Source: an uncultured Vampirovibrionales bacterium
GTDB taxonomy: Bacteria; Cyanobacteriota; Vampirovibrionia; Vampirovibrionales; Vampirovibrionaceae
Direction: 5' to 3'
DNA: 64,000 bases
Assembly (NCBI GenBank): GCA_964390635.1
Contig: CAYMIG010000004.1
Location: 69,439-133,438 of the forward strand
The notes beneath the pieces were generated by a model, which saw nothing but the letters and a program-made list of their open reading frames with translations, ran no database searches and was not told the DNA's origin. Each line of letters starts with the position of its first letter. Positions within the stretch are counted from its first letter, which is position 1. Of the stretch, positions 53,530-63,260 are shown piece by piece. Position numbers and translations under genes: made by a program.

Positions 53530-56385
53530 ATGGTTGTACCCATGAGCAGCCTCTTGCGTAAAGGCCTTGGCGTCATCTTTCTGCTGGTTTTGTTTGCCGG
53601 CGTTTACTGGATTTTTGCCACCACCCCCACCACCGATGTGACGGCCTCCACCTTTACGTCGGAATCGACCATCAGCGATTACGCCAGCAGCTATTCCGGG
53701 GTGCTGTCGCGGCCCCTGTTCCCGGAAATCTCCCTGTTCCTGCCCTTGCAGGCGCAAGTAATCATTTCCTGCCTGCTGATCCTGGCCATGGTCTTTGTGA
53801 CCACCTTTGTGCCCCGGGCCCGCCGGCTGGTCATGTTTCTTACCATTGCCACCACCGTGCGCCACCTGTTGTGGCGGGGGGTGGATACCCTGGACTTCAG
53901 CTCCCCCTTGTCGGGCATTATTTCCCTGACCATTTACGTGGCGGAGATCATGGCCTTTTTTGCCATGGTCATCGGTTACTTCCAGGTGTGGGGGCAAACC
54001 GACCACAAGCCTATCAGCCTGTCCCGCTTTACCCCGGAGCAGTTGCCTACGGTGGATATCATGGTGTGTACCTATGGCGAGCCGGTCAGCGTGCTGTACC
54101 GTTCCCTGGTGGGCTGCCAGGGCATCGACTACCCTAAGAAGGAAGTTTACCTGTGCGATGATGGCAACCGCCCGGAAATGAAGGCCCTGGCCGAACGGTT
54201 GGGCGTGCATTACATCAGCCGGGAGCAGAACATCCATGCCAAGGCCGGCAACCTGAACAACGCCCTGAAATACAGCAAGGGTGAGCTGGTGTTGGTCTTC
54301 GATGCCGATCATGTGCCGGCCAAGTCCTTCCTGAACGAGACCGTGGGCTTTTTCATCGATGAGCGCCTGGGCTTTGTGCAAACCCCCCAGCACTTCTTCA
54401 CCGAGGATCCCTTCCAGCGCAACCTGCTTTCCACCCGGGCCATCAACAACGAGCAGGATTTGTTCTTCCACGTCATCCAGCCGGGCAACGATTACTGGGG
54501 CGCGGCCTTCTTTGCCGGCTCCGGGGCGCTGTTCCGTCGCCGGGCCCTGGAATCGGTGGGCGGCTTTGCGGTGGAAACCATTACCGAGGACGTGCATACC
54601 GGCATGCGCATTCATGCGGCGGGCTGGAAGTCCATTTACTACAACCGCGATCTGGCCGCCGGGATGGCCCAGGAAAGCTTTGCCGATTTCATCAAGCAGC
54701 GCCTGCGCTGGGCCCGTGGCATGACCCAGATTTTCTGCCTGGAAAACCCCATGTTCAAGGGCGGTCTCAGCCTGTCCCAGCGGCTGTGCTACTTTACCGG
54801 CATCTGGTACTTCTTCCACGGGTTGCCCCGGGTGGTCTTTATGGTTGCCCCGCTGTTTTTCCTGCTGTTCGGGCTCAAAACCATCAACTCCGGCTTTGTG
54901 GAGGTGCTGGTGTATTACCTGCCCAGCTTCCTGCTGGCCACCATGGGCTACACCCACATTTCCCGCGGGGTGCGGCACAGTTTCTGGTCGGAGGTGTACG
55001 AAACCGCCTTTTGTATTTACCTCACCCTGACCACCAGCCTTACCTTCCTTTCCCCCCGGCGGGCCAAGTTTCGGGTGACCCCCAAGGGCGGCCTCACCGA
55101 GCGGTTGAACTTCAACTGGCGGATCGTCTTTCCCCAGGTCATGATTGCGGCCCTCACCATCGTGGGTATCGGCATGGCCGTGGTGCGTGGGGTGTACACC
55201 CCCGATTACGCCGGTGGCATCTACACCAACTTTTTCTGGTCCTTGTACAACCTGGTCTTGCTGCTGGGTGCCATTTACGTGGCCCAGGAGCGTCCCCAGT
55301 ACCGCTTGGCCCCCCGCATTTTCCGCCGCATCCGTTGCGAGCTGAAGCTGCTGGATGGCTCCATTGCCGTGGGCTATACCACCAACATCAGCGAAAGCGG
55401 CGTGGCCCTGGTTTTCGATGAGCCCATTCCCATTTCCGGCACGGTGGCGCTTAAAATCATGGACTGGGAAATCAACGAGACCACCATTGTACAGGTGCAG
55501 GTGGTGCGCAGCATCGTGGACGATCAGAACCGGCACTTTGTGGGCTTCCAGGTGGTGAACCGCACCGAGGAGCAACACCAAAAGCTGGTGCGCCACATGT
55601 TTGGCTCCGCCGAAATCTGGACCGAGGATTACGTGTTCGAGGATACCGCCAAATCCTTCTGGACCCTGATGACCACGCCCCTGCGCCTGGCCGGCGCCAC
55701 CGAGGCCCCCCTCAAGCGGGGGGCGCCCCGTTTCCGGGCCACCCTGTCCTGCGTGTTGAACGTGGACGGGCAGTACATTATGGGCCACTCCAACGAGGTG
55801 TCCGAAAGCGGCATGTCGCTGTTTATCAAGCGGGGCCAGCGGGTTGATGTGGGCCAGCAGGTCGGCATCCGTATCCAGTGGCACTCGGGCCAGATTACCG
55901 AGGTGGCCGCCGAGGTGAAGCGGGCCGAGGACGTGGGCGGCGGGCAGATCAAGATTGGCCTGGCCTTCAGCAACCTGAACCACGACCAGCGCCTCGAGCT
56001 GATCCGCCAGATTTATCGTCCCAAGGAGCGCCTGGTACGGGTGGCCCCCTCCGTGCCCAAGCTGGTGACCTGTACCGTGGTGCCGCTGGATGGCAGCCCC
56101 GCCGGTCGCGGGGTGACCCAGGAAATCAGCGAGCTGGGCGTGATTGCCCAACTGAGCGACCGCATCAACCTGCAGGCCGGCCAGAAAGTGTGGATGCAAC
56201 TCTCCTGGGATGGCCGGGAGGAGGAGCGCTACCCCGGCGAGGTCATCGACGTTTCCCAGCATTACGGCAACCCCATTGCCCTCATCTACTTTGACGCCCT
56301 CGATATGCGGGCCCTCGATCGCTTGAGCCAACGCCTGTATGAGCCCCAGGAAAGCAAAGCCTTCCGAACACTGATTGGCGAATAG
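53530..56385 (+). CDS. bcsA: cellulose-synthase-like GT2 processive glycosyltransferase (BcsA-like) with three C-terminal PilZ-like segments
   Basis: VCTYGEP, LCDDGNR, VFDADH, VQTPQHFF, ITEDVHTGMRIH, QRLRWARG (QxxRW). PilZ-1 RIFRR...NISESG. PilZ-2 RGAPR...EVSESG. PilZ-3 degenerate (...EISELG). Confidence 0.9.
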   Translation: MVVPMSSLLRKGLGVIFLLVLFAGVYWIFATTPTTDVTASTFTSESTISDYASSYSGVLSRPLFPEISLFLPLQAQVIISCLLILAMVFVTTFVPRARRLVMFLTIATTVRHLLWRGVDTLDFSSPLSGIISLTIYVAEIMAFFAMVIGYFQVWGQTDHKPISLSRFTPEQLPTVDIMVCTYGEPVSVLYRSLVGCQGIDYPKKEVYLCDDGNRPEMKALAERLGVHYISREQNIHAKAGNLNNALKYSKGELVLVFDADHVPAKSFLNETVGFFIDERLGFVQTPQHFFTEDPFQRNLLSTRAINNEQDLFFHVIQPGNDYWGAAFFAGSGALFRRRALESVGGFAVETITEDVHTGMRIHAAGWKSIYYNRDLAAGMAQESFADFIKQRLRWARGMTQIFCLENPMFKGGLSLSQRLCYFTGIWYFFHGLPRVVFMVAPLFFLLFGLKTINSGFVEVLVYYLPSFLLATMGYTHISRGVRHSFWSEVYETAFCIYLTLTTSLTFLSPRRAKFRVTPKGGLTERLNFNWRIVFPQVMIAALTIVGIGMAVVRGVYTPDYAGGIYTNFFWSLYNLVLLLGAIYVAQERPQYRLAPRIFRRIRCELKLLDGSIAVGYTTNISESGVALVFDEPIPISGTVALKIMDWEINETTIVQVQVVRSIVDDQNRHFVGFQVVNRTEEQHQKLVRHMFGSAEIWTEDYVFEDTAKSFWTLMTTPLRLAGATEAPLKRGAPRFRATLSCVLNVDGQYIMGHSNEVSESGMSLFIKRGQRVDVGQQVGIRIQWHSGQITEVAAEVKRAEDVGGGQIKIGLAFSNLNHDQRLELIRQIYRPKERLVRVAPSVPKLVTCTVVPLDGSPAGRGVTQEISELGVIAQLSDRINLQAGQKVWMQLSWDGREEERYPGEVIDVSQHYGNPIALIYFDALDMRALDRLSQRLYEPQESKAFRTLIGE

Positions 56386-56451
56386 GGTTTATAATGGTTT
56401 CAAACCCTTGAGTTGGGAACGCGAATAGAGAGGCACGCAAACCAGTCAGCT

Positions 56452-59400
56452 ATGGGGCGTTTTATGAACCGCAATGAACTTGTCGGGCTGAGCTTGGCCC
56501 TGTGCATCAGCTTGCAAAGCGTGGCCATGGCGGTGGATCCGCCTTCCCTGCGCCAGGGCATCGCCAACTACAACCGGGGCTATATTGCCAAGGCCCTGCC
56601 CCTCTTCCAAAAAGCCGCCCAGCAGGCTCCTGGCAACCCCATGGCCCACCTGTGGCTGGCCCGGGCCTACCAAAAGCAAGGCGGCCAGGCCAACATGGAA
56701 CACGCCCAGCGGGCCTACCAGCAGGTACTCAGCCTGCAGCCGGACAATGTGGAGGCCTTGTCCAACCTGGGTGAGATGTGGAGCTGGAACCCCTCCCGCC
56801 GGGCCGAGGCCATTATCCTTTTACAGCGGGCCCACGACCTGAAGCCCTCCGATGCGGGCATTGCCCGCAAGTTGGCCGACGCTCTGTTCTGGGACGGGCG
56901 GGCATCCGAGGCCCTGCAGGTGGCGGCGCCCATTGCCGGCCTGTACCAGAAGGACAAGAAATGGCTCTCCAGCTATGCCCAGATGCTCACCCGCTCGGGC
57001 CATGCCGATGAGGCCCTGGACATTTACCAGGGGGCCCTGGCCACGGACATTGAAACCAACCTGGGCATGCGCCTGTATTATGCCGATGCCCTGATGAAGG
57101 CTGGCCAAAGCCAAAAGGCCCAGGCCGTCTTTGAGGATCTCTCCGCCCGGGTGGAGGGCTCTCCGCTGGGCCAGCAGCCGGATTTCATGATGAGCATGGC
57201 CGGCATCGCCTTCGATCTGGGCTTGTATGCCGAATCCGTGAAGTGGGACCAGATGCTGCCGGACGCCATGCAGCGGCAAAAGGACGTGCAGTTGCGTACC
57301 GCCCGGGCGCTGACCCGGGTGTTCCGGGTGCCGGAAGCCATTGAGCGTTTCCAGCGCCTGTACGAGGCCGGCCTGCTGTCGGCGGATGAAAAGCTGGAGT
57401 ATGCTGATTACCTGCGCCAGGTGAACGTGGAAGAGGCGGCCCTGCCCATGCCCGGCCTGGTGGAAAAGCTCTACAAGGAAGCCCTGGAGGACGCGCCCGG
57501 CAACGGGGATGTGGCCCTGCGTCTGGCCCGCTTGTATGGCGAGGACGAGTCCCGCTTTGAGGAGGCGGTGGTCGCTTACCGGCACGCCCTCACCCTGCCC
57601 CTGCCGGATGAGTTCGGCGCCCAAAAAGAGTTTCTGGACTTTGTGAAGTCCAATAAAGCCGATCCGGCCCGGGTGGAGCAGATCTTGCAGGAAGCGGTGG
57701 CGGCTAGCCCGGATGCCGTGCTGCCCAAGGCCGCCTATGCCGAGTTTTTGTCCTGGCAAGGAGATCGGCGGGCGGAAGCCATGCGCATGTACGTGGAAAT
57801 CGCCCAGACCGACCGGGCCAATGCCGAGCTGTGGGAAAGCAAGCTGGAAGAGGTGCTGAAGTGGCATAAGCCCACCACCGACCTCATTCCCGTCTATCAG
57901 GAGGTGGTCAACCTATACCCCGACAACAAGACCCTGTGGCTGACCGTGGCCCGGGCCTATCGGGACAACCCGGACTACTTCAAGGAAGCCGTGGAAACCT
58001 ATGGCACCCTGGTGCAGCGCTACCCGGACGACGGCACCATCAAGAAGGAATGGCTGGGGGTGCTGCTGGCCAACGAGCGCAAGCGGGCCGAAATCATCAG
58101 GATGCTGGAGAAGATGACCCGCGAGAATCCCGCCGATCTGGATATCGCGGCTACCTACGGCAAACTGCTGTCTTACGATGCCCGCTACGGCCAGGCCATG
58201 GATGTGTTCAACAACGTGCTTTCCCAAAACCCGGAGCACCGGGAGGCGCTCATTGGCAAGGGCTATACCCTGCTGTGGCGGGGCCTGAAATACGAAGCCC
58301 GAGATTATCTGCAAACCTTGCGGGCCAAGTATCCTGACGATGTGGACATCGCCATCGCTCTGGCCCAGGCCGAAAAGCTGATTGGCCGCTATGACGAGGC
58401 CCTGAAAATCATCCAGCAGATCAAACCCCTGATGAACCCCGCCGTTTCGCCGGATGAGGCCGGGGCGCTGTATGACCCGCACCCCGATTTCATTCCTGTG
58501 GACTACCGGGTGGCCGAAGCCCCCATGGGCCGTCGGGGCATCTATGATTTCTCCATCCTGCCCTACTCCCAGCCGGATCCTCCCCAGGCGCCCGCCGTGA
58601 CCACCCCGCCTCCCGAGCCCCCGGCAACCCAGGCCGCCCTGCCCCCCATGGGCGTGCAGGCCGGGCCGGCTTCTCCCCGTGTGGAGGCAGCCCCCGGGCA
58701 GCGTCCCGCCTTGCAGTTCAATTGGTCTTTGGGCCAGAATGCCCGATCCAACCCGCCGGCCCCGGTTTCCCAGCAGTCTGCAGCCAGTCCGGCGGAGCCT
58801 GTCTACAACACCCTGGCGGTGCAAGCGACCCCGAGTTCCCAGCCAGCTTCCGCCGACAGCCAGGAACTGGCCCGTCTGCGCCGGGAGATCCAGGCCCTCA
58901 CCGAGGCCGCCAACTCGGTCAAGGCCCTCCAGCAAAGCTCCCGTTCCCAATTGGATAAGATGCACCAGCGCTTGCAAAGCTCTCGGGACATTGTGCCCGG
59001 CGAACTGGACCTGCAGCCCGAACTGACCGTGGCTACCGGTAGCCCGACGGGGGCTGGAACCGCCCCGGGGCGCATGACCGTGGGCACCGAGGACAACTAT
59101 CCGGTGATGGGCACCTATGCGGCCATCGACTACGACACCAACCCTCTGCTGTCCGGTCTGGGCCGGTTCCGTAACGACGAGTTGGGCGACCTGGAACGCA
59201 ACATCACCCATGACCTGCGCCCCATCATCCGGGCTGGCTACCTGTACTCCATCCAGGATGGGGAGCCCAGCACCAGCCGCTTTGCCAACTACGGCTTTCC
59301 CAACCAGCTGAGCTTTTCCCTGACGCCCCAGGTGCGGGTGCGGGGCGGGGTGCGTCCCACCCGCTACTACATTCCCAGTGGCCGGGCCCCTGATCCGACC

Positions 59401-60480
59401 AGCAACTGGGGCACGGAATACGGCATCGGGGCCACCGTGAAGTACTGGGATCGCCTGACCCTGGATGGGGACATCGCCGTCACACACTTTACCCAGACCC
59501 GCAACTCCAACCTGACCTTTCAGGCCCAAGCCGAATATGCCTTCAACGACTATATTCGGGCCAAGCTGGGGGCCCGCCGCCTGCCTCCCTTCAACTCCCT
59601 GCTCTCGGTGGCCGGGCAAAAGCCGGAAAACGGTGCTTACGCCGGCGACGTGGTGGGCCAGGCCCGGGAGAACACCTTCTATGCCGAGCTGGATACCAAC
59701 CCCTTCCATCCCAACCTGGACCTGAACCTGGGCTACGAGTGGGGCTTTGTTACCGGCCACAAGCTGCCCACCAACTTCAAGAACCAGGCCTTCCTGTCGG
59801 CGGGCTACACCTGGAAGTACCATCCCAACCACTCCGTGCGGCTGGGCTATGAGTTCCTATACTTTGGCTACAGCAAGAACGCCACCAACGGCTACTTCGA
59901 TCTGACCGAGGCCGGGGTGGTGAGGCCCCTGGCGACTACCAATCCCGTGGTGCTGGCCCATCCCGGCTACGATTTCGGCGGCTACTTCAGCCCCCGCTGG
60001 TTTATCCTGAACGCCGGGCGGCTGGACTTCCGGGGCAGCCTGTTCAACAAGTTCCTGGAATACAAGTTTGGCGGCAGTCTGGGCGGTCAGGCCTTCGGGC
60101 TGGGCCATGGCATCGATCGGGACGAACCCAGCGACACCTCCCTGGCCAGCGCCTTCGATGCCAACATCATCCTGAACTTTACCGACTGGTTGTCGGGCTA
60201 CGGCAATGTGGACTTTCTGGATGCCGGTGGGCAGTTCAACCGCTGGCGCTTCGGCGGCGGGCTGATTTTGCGCCCCCGCATCGATGCCTTGAGCCCCATG
60301 TTCGGCAGGCATGCCCTGTCAGACACCGGCAGCCATGGGGATGCTGCCGCGGGCGGTTCCCCGGAGGCCACCACGGAGACCACCCCCATGCAAACGATCC
60401 CGGACGCCCCCGCCCCGGATGCGCCTGTAACCCCCACCGAGGGCGGCTGGGATGAAGATGGCGAGATGATCCAACCCTGA
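56452..60480 (+). CDS. TPR-repeat protein with a Pro-rich linker, coiled coil and C-terminal beta-barrel-like domain (BcsC-like export component)
   Basis: Signal peptide LVGLSLALCISLQSVAMA. More than 10 TPR-like repeats. Alternating-hydrophobic, aromatic-rich C-terminal roughly 450 aa ending ...NRWRFGGGLILRP, then a roughly 65-aa acidic tail. Confidence 0.8.
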   Translation: MGRFMNRNELVGLSLALCISLQSVAMAVDPPSLRQGIANYNRGYIAKALPLFQKAAQQAPGNPMAHLWLARAYQKQGGQANMEHAQRAYQQVLSLQPDNVEALSNLGEMWSWNPSRRAEAIILLQRAHDLKPSDAGIARKLADALFWDGRASEALQVAAPIAGLYQKDKKWLSSYAQMLTRSGHADEALDIYQGALATDIETNLGMRLYYADALMKAGQSQKAQAVFEDLSARVEGSPLGQQPDFMMSMAGIAFDLGLYAESVKWDQMLPDAMQRQKDVQLRTARALTRVFRVPEAIERFQRLYEAGLLSADEKLEYADYLRQVNVEEAALPMPGLVEKLYKEALEDAPGNGDVALRLARLYGEDESRFEEAVVAYRHALTLPLPDEFGAQKEFLDFVKSNKADPARVEQILQEAVAASPDAVLPKAAYAEFLSWQGDRRAEAMRMYVEIAQTDRANAELWESKLEEVLKWHKPTTDLIPVYQEVVNLYPDNKTLWLTVARAYRDNPDYFKEAVETYGTLVQRYPDDGTIKKEWLGVLLANERKRAEIIRMLEKMTRENPADLDIAATYGKLLSYDARYGQAMDVFNNVLSQNPEHREALIGKGYTLLWRGLKYEARDYLQTLRAKYPDDVDIAIALAQAEKLIGRYDEALKIIQQIKPLMNPAVSPDEAGALYDPHPDFIPVDYRVAEAPMGRRGIYDFSILPYSQPDPPQAPAVTTPPPEPPATQAALPPMGVQAGPASPRVEAAPGQRPALQFNWSLGQNARSNPPAPVSQQSAASPAEPVYNTLAVQATPSSQPASADSQELARLRREIQALTEAANSVKALQQSSRSQLDKMHQRLQSSRDIVPGELDLQPELTVATGSPTGAGTAPGRMTVGTEDNYPVMGTYAAIDYDTNPLLSGLGRFRNDELGDLERNITHDLRPIIRAGYLYSIQDGEPSTSRFANYGFPNQLSFSLTPQVRVRGGVRPTRYYIPSGRAPDPTSNWGTEYGIGATVKYWDRLTLDGDIAVTHFTQTRNSNLTFQAQAEYAFNDYIRAKLGARRLPPFNSLLSVAGQKPENGAYAGDVVGQARENTFYAELDTNPFHPNLDLNLGYEWGFVTGHKLPTNFKNQAFLSAGYTWKYHPNHSVRLGYEFLYFGYSKNATNGYFDLTEAGVVRPLATTNPVVLAHPGYDFGGYFSPRWFILNAGRLDFRGSLFNKFLEYKFGGSLGGQAFGLGHGIDRDEPSDTSLASAFDANIILNFTDWLSGYGNVDFLDAGGQFNRWRFGGGLILRPRIDALSPMFGRHALSDTGSHGDAAAGGSPEATTETTPMQTIPDAPAPDAPVTPTEGGWDEDGEMIQP

Positions 60481-60797
60481 TGACCCTGCAGCCGTTTGAG
60501 ATTACCCGCTGGGACGCCCCCCGCACCCCGGATTTGCCCTTCCTGACGCGTTTGATGAGCCGGGAAGGCTTGCATCCCGAGCAGATGGAGCTGGCCGCGG
60601 ATGCGCGCACCCCGGAGCTGAAGACCGAGCGGGAGACGGTGTTTATGGTGGCCGCCGGGCACCTGCAGTTTGCCCTGCCCGGCTACGGGGTTTACGAGCT
60701 GATGCCCGGGGATATGCTGGTGCTGCATGCCCACATTATTTATGACATTACCGTTTTAGGGGGGCGTCCCGCCCAGTATCTTTGCGCGGTGCGCTGA
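60480..60797 (+). CDS. cupin-domain small protein
   Basis: 105 aa. GHLQFALPGYGVYELMPGDMLVLHAHIIYDITV is cupin-like beta-strand content. Its ATG shares one nt with the upstream TGA. Confidence 0.55.
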   Translation: MTLQPFEITRWDAPRTPDLPFLTRLMSREGLHPEQMELAADARTPELKTERETVFMVAAGHLQFALPGYGVYELMPGDMLVLHAHIIYDITVLGGRPAQYLCAVR

Positions 60798-60828
60798 AAA
60801 ACCAAAGACGGAGCTTGCGGCTCCGTCT
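60797..60828 (-). terminator. intrinsic terminator downstream of glnA
   Basis: Minus strand reads AGACGGAGC-loop-GCTCCGTCT followed by TTGGTTTTT, about 25 nt after the glnA stop. Confidence 0.55.
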
Positions 60829-60852
60829 AGGTGAGGGGGGTTGGTCAGGATG

Positions 60853-62220
60853 CTAGTAGCGGGCCAGGTACCGTTCGTGTTCCCAGGGGGTCACATCGGT
60901 GCGGTAAGCGTCCCACTCCGCGGTTTTGGCCTTGATGAACTCGTTGAAAATATGCTCGCCCAGGGCTTCCTTGGCCACCGCGCTGCCGGAGAGCTCCTGC
61001 ACCGCTTCCCACAGGCTGCCGGGCAGCGCGGGGATGTTTTGCAGCTTGCGCTCGTCCTCGTTCAGTTTGTAGATGTTGGCGGTCACCGCGGCGGGCGGGT
61101 CAATCTTGTTTTTCACGCCGTCCAGGCCGGCCAGCAGCATCACCGCAAAGGCCAGGTAGGGGTTGGCCGCCGGATCGGGGGAGCGCAGCTCCACCCGGGT
61201 GGCGTTGCCGCGCTTGGCCGGCACCCGCAGTAGGGCGCTGCGGTTGGCGGCAGACCAGGCCACGTACACCGGGGCTTCGTAACCGGGCACCAGGCGCTTG
61301 TAGCTGTTCACCAGGGGGTTGGTCACCGCAGTGATGCCCCGGATGTTTTTCAGCAGGCCGCCGATGAACCAGTGGGCTTCCTGGGACAGCTGGTAGTCGC
61401 CTTTTTCGTCGTAGAAGGCGTTGCCGCCGCCGATTTTGGCCAGCGACTGGTTGCAGTGCATGCCGGAGCCGTTCACTCCGAAGACGGGCTTGGGCATAAA
61501 CGAGGCATGCAGGCCGTGCTTGGCCGCAATCTGGCGGGTGATGATCTTCACCGTGGTCACGTTGTCGGCCTGGGTCAGGGCATCGGAGTATTTGAAGTCG
61601 ATTTCGTGCTGGCCGGCGGCCACTTCGTGGTGATCGGCCTCCATTTCAAAGCCCAGGCGTTCCAAGGTGTCCACAATCTCCCCGCGCACGATCTCGCCGA
61701 GGTCGTCCGGGCCGATGTCGTAGTAGCCGGCGGCGTCATGGGTCTGGGTGGAGATGGAGCCGTCCGGGTTGCGCTTGAACAGGAAGAATTCCAGCTCTGG
61801 GCCCACGTTGTAGGTATAACCCAGCTTCTGGGCTTCCAGTATGACCCGTTTCAGGTTGTTGCGGGGGCAGCCGTCAAAGGGGGTGCCGTCCGGGTTGTAG
61901 ATGTCGCAGATTACCCGGGCCACGGCGCGGTCGCCTTCGGTCCAGGGCATGACCGAGAAGGTGGACAAATCCGGGTAGAAGTACATGTCGGAGGTCTCGA
62001 TGGTGCGGAAACCGGCAATCGAGGAGCCATCCAGCATGATTTCGTTGTTCAGGGCCTTTTCCAGCTGGTCCACGTGGATGCCCATGCTTTTGGGCATGCC
62101 GTGCATATCCACAAACTGCAGGCGAACCAGTTTTACTTTCTTGTCCTTGGCCTCTTTTAGCACGTCCTGGACTGAACGGGCCGGGCGGCTTCCCAGGGTG
62201 GGAACGTCGACGTTGGGCAT
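60853..62220 (-). CDS. glnA: glutamine synthetase type I
   Basis: VKLVRLQFVDMHGMPK, DGSSIAGF, GPELEFFLF, HHEVAAGQHEIDF, KPVFGVNGSGMHCNQSL, NSYKRLVPGYEAP, NRSALLRVP, RVELRSPDPAANPYLAFA. Confidence 0.96.
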   Translation of the reverse strand: MPNVDVPTLGSRPARSVQDVLKEAKDKKVKLVRLQFVDMHGMPKSMGIHVDQLEKALNNEIMLDGSSIAGFRTIETSDMYFYPDLSTFSVMPWTEGDRAVARVICDIYNPDGTPFDGCPRNNLKRVILEAQKLGYTYNVGPELEFFLFKRNPDGSISTQTHDAAGYYDIGPDDLGEIVRGEIVDTLERLGFEMEADHHEVAAGQHEIDFKYSDALTQADNVTTVKIITRQIAAKHGLHASFMPKPVFGVNGSGMHCNQSLAKIGGGNAFYDEKGDYQLSQEAHWFIGGLLKNIRGITAVTNPLVNSYKRLVPGYEAPVYVAWSAANRSALLRVPAKRGNATRVELRSPDPAANPYLAFAVMLLAGLDGVKNKIDPPAAVTANIYKLNEDERKLQNIPALPGSLWEAVQELSGSAVAKEALGEHIFNEFIKAKTAEWDAYRTDVTPWEHERYLARY

Positions 62221-62307
62221 AAGTCGGGATCCTTCCAATCAAAAAAGCTAACAGCAGGGAGTCAACCCGCTTATTGTACAGAAAACACTACGCTTTGAAC
62301 AGCCGAA

Positions 62308-62958
62308 TCAATAAGATATCACTGGCCTTTGATCGATGAGGGTGGGAATGGGATCGCTTAAGAAGCGGGTTTCCCCTTCCTTCAGCACGATGGTGACGGT
62401 GCGGAAATCCGGGCTGGCCTGGGCTTCCAGGCTGACCGGCACCGGCTTTTTGGGATCCTGGGTAATGGGGCTGTTGGCGGCGGGCGCATCGCTTGGGGCC
62501 TGTCGTACCACCAGGCTATGCACCGCCCGGCTTTTCTGGGTCAGCACCAGCTCCCGGCTGCTGCCCTGGTCGGCGCTCTGGCGCACCATGTAAATGCCCG
62601 GCTGGATGATGAGCCCCTCGGCGGTTTGTAGCTTGACCGGAATGCGCAGCAGGGGGTCGCTGTAGGCGGGCGGGTTGCGGGGGCCCACCCGGGTAATCTG
62701 CTCCTCGGTCAGCACCGGGGCCTTGTCCTTTTTCTTGCCGAAGAACAAAAAGCGCTTTTTCTCCTTGGAGGCCGCCTGGCTTTGTTTCTGGGCCTGCTGG
62801 GCCTGCTGAACGATGGGCGGATCCGCCTTCCAAGCCGGGTTTGGCGGATAATCGATGGCGTCCGGCCAGTCCCCGCTCTCCTCCTCGGCCTGCCCGGCCA
62901 GGGGGGCCGACAGCCCCACCACCAGCAAAAGCCCGATTAAAGAAACCGCCCGCCCCAT
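62308..62958 (-). CDS. secreted hypothetical protein
   Basis: Internal start MGRAVSLIGLLLVVGLSAPLAGQA (signal peptide). No family recognised. Confidence 0.5.
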   Translation of the reverse strand: MGRAVSLIGLLLVVGLSAPLAGQAEEESGDWPDAIDYPPNPAWKADPPIVQQAQQAQKQSQAASKEKKRFLFFGKKKDKAPVLTEEQITRVGPRNPPAYSDPLLRIPVKLQTAEGLIIQPGIYMVRQSADQGSSRELVLTQKSRAVHSLVVRQAPSDAPAANSPITQDPKKPVPVSLEAQASPDFRTVTIVLKEGETRFLSDPIPTLIDQRPVISY

Positions 62959-63022
62959 CCGATACAGGCCATGGTAAGACCATCCGGCCCTGGGCCGGCA
63001 TGCCGACAGATTGGGAAGCGCC

Positions 63023-63160
63023 ATGTTCAAAATCGATCGCAAGCAAGTCATTATTACCCTCAGCAAGTATACGTCCTATGCCATCAACATCGTGATTGTC
63101 GCGTCCATTCTGGGGATTGTCTGGTTCTTTATCTGGGGCCTGATGATTGCGGCCAAGTAA
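63023..63160 (+). CDS. candidate 45-aa single-TM micro-protein
   Basis: Below the ORF-track size cutoff. MFKIDRKQVIITLSKYTSYAINIVIVASILGIVWFFIWGLMIAAK. GGGAAG lies upstream. Noticeably AT-richer than its surroundings. Confidence 0.35.
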   Translation: MFKIDRKQVIITLSKYTSYAINIVIVASILGIVWFFIWGLMIAAK

Positions 63161-63260
63161 TTTCATCTTAAGCGCCTTGCGGGGTTTTGCCATCCTTTGG
63201 CTGCCGTAGGGTTCCTGTATAATGGTGATCAACGTCTGCGTGGAGCACTCCCGAAAACCC

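Noticed and set aside
62275-62291. NtcA-like site (TGTA...TAC) upstream of glnA.
   Set aside because: The spacing between GTA and TAC is 10 nt, not the canonical 8 nt (GTA-N8-TAC), so it is not a convincing NtcA box.
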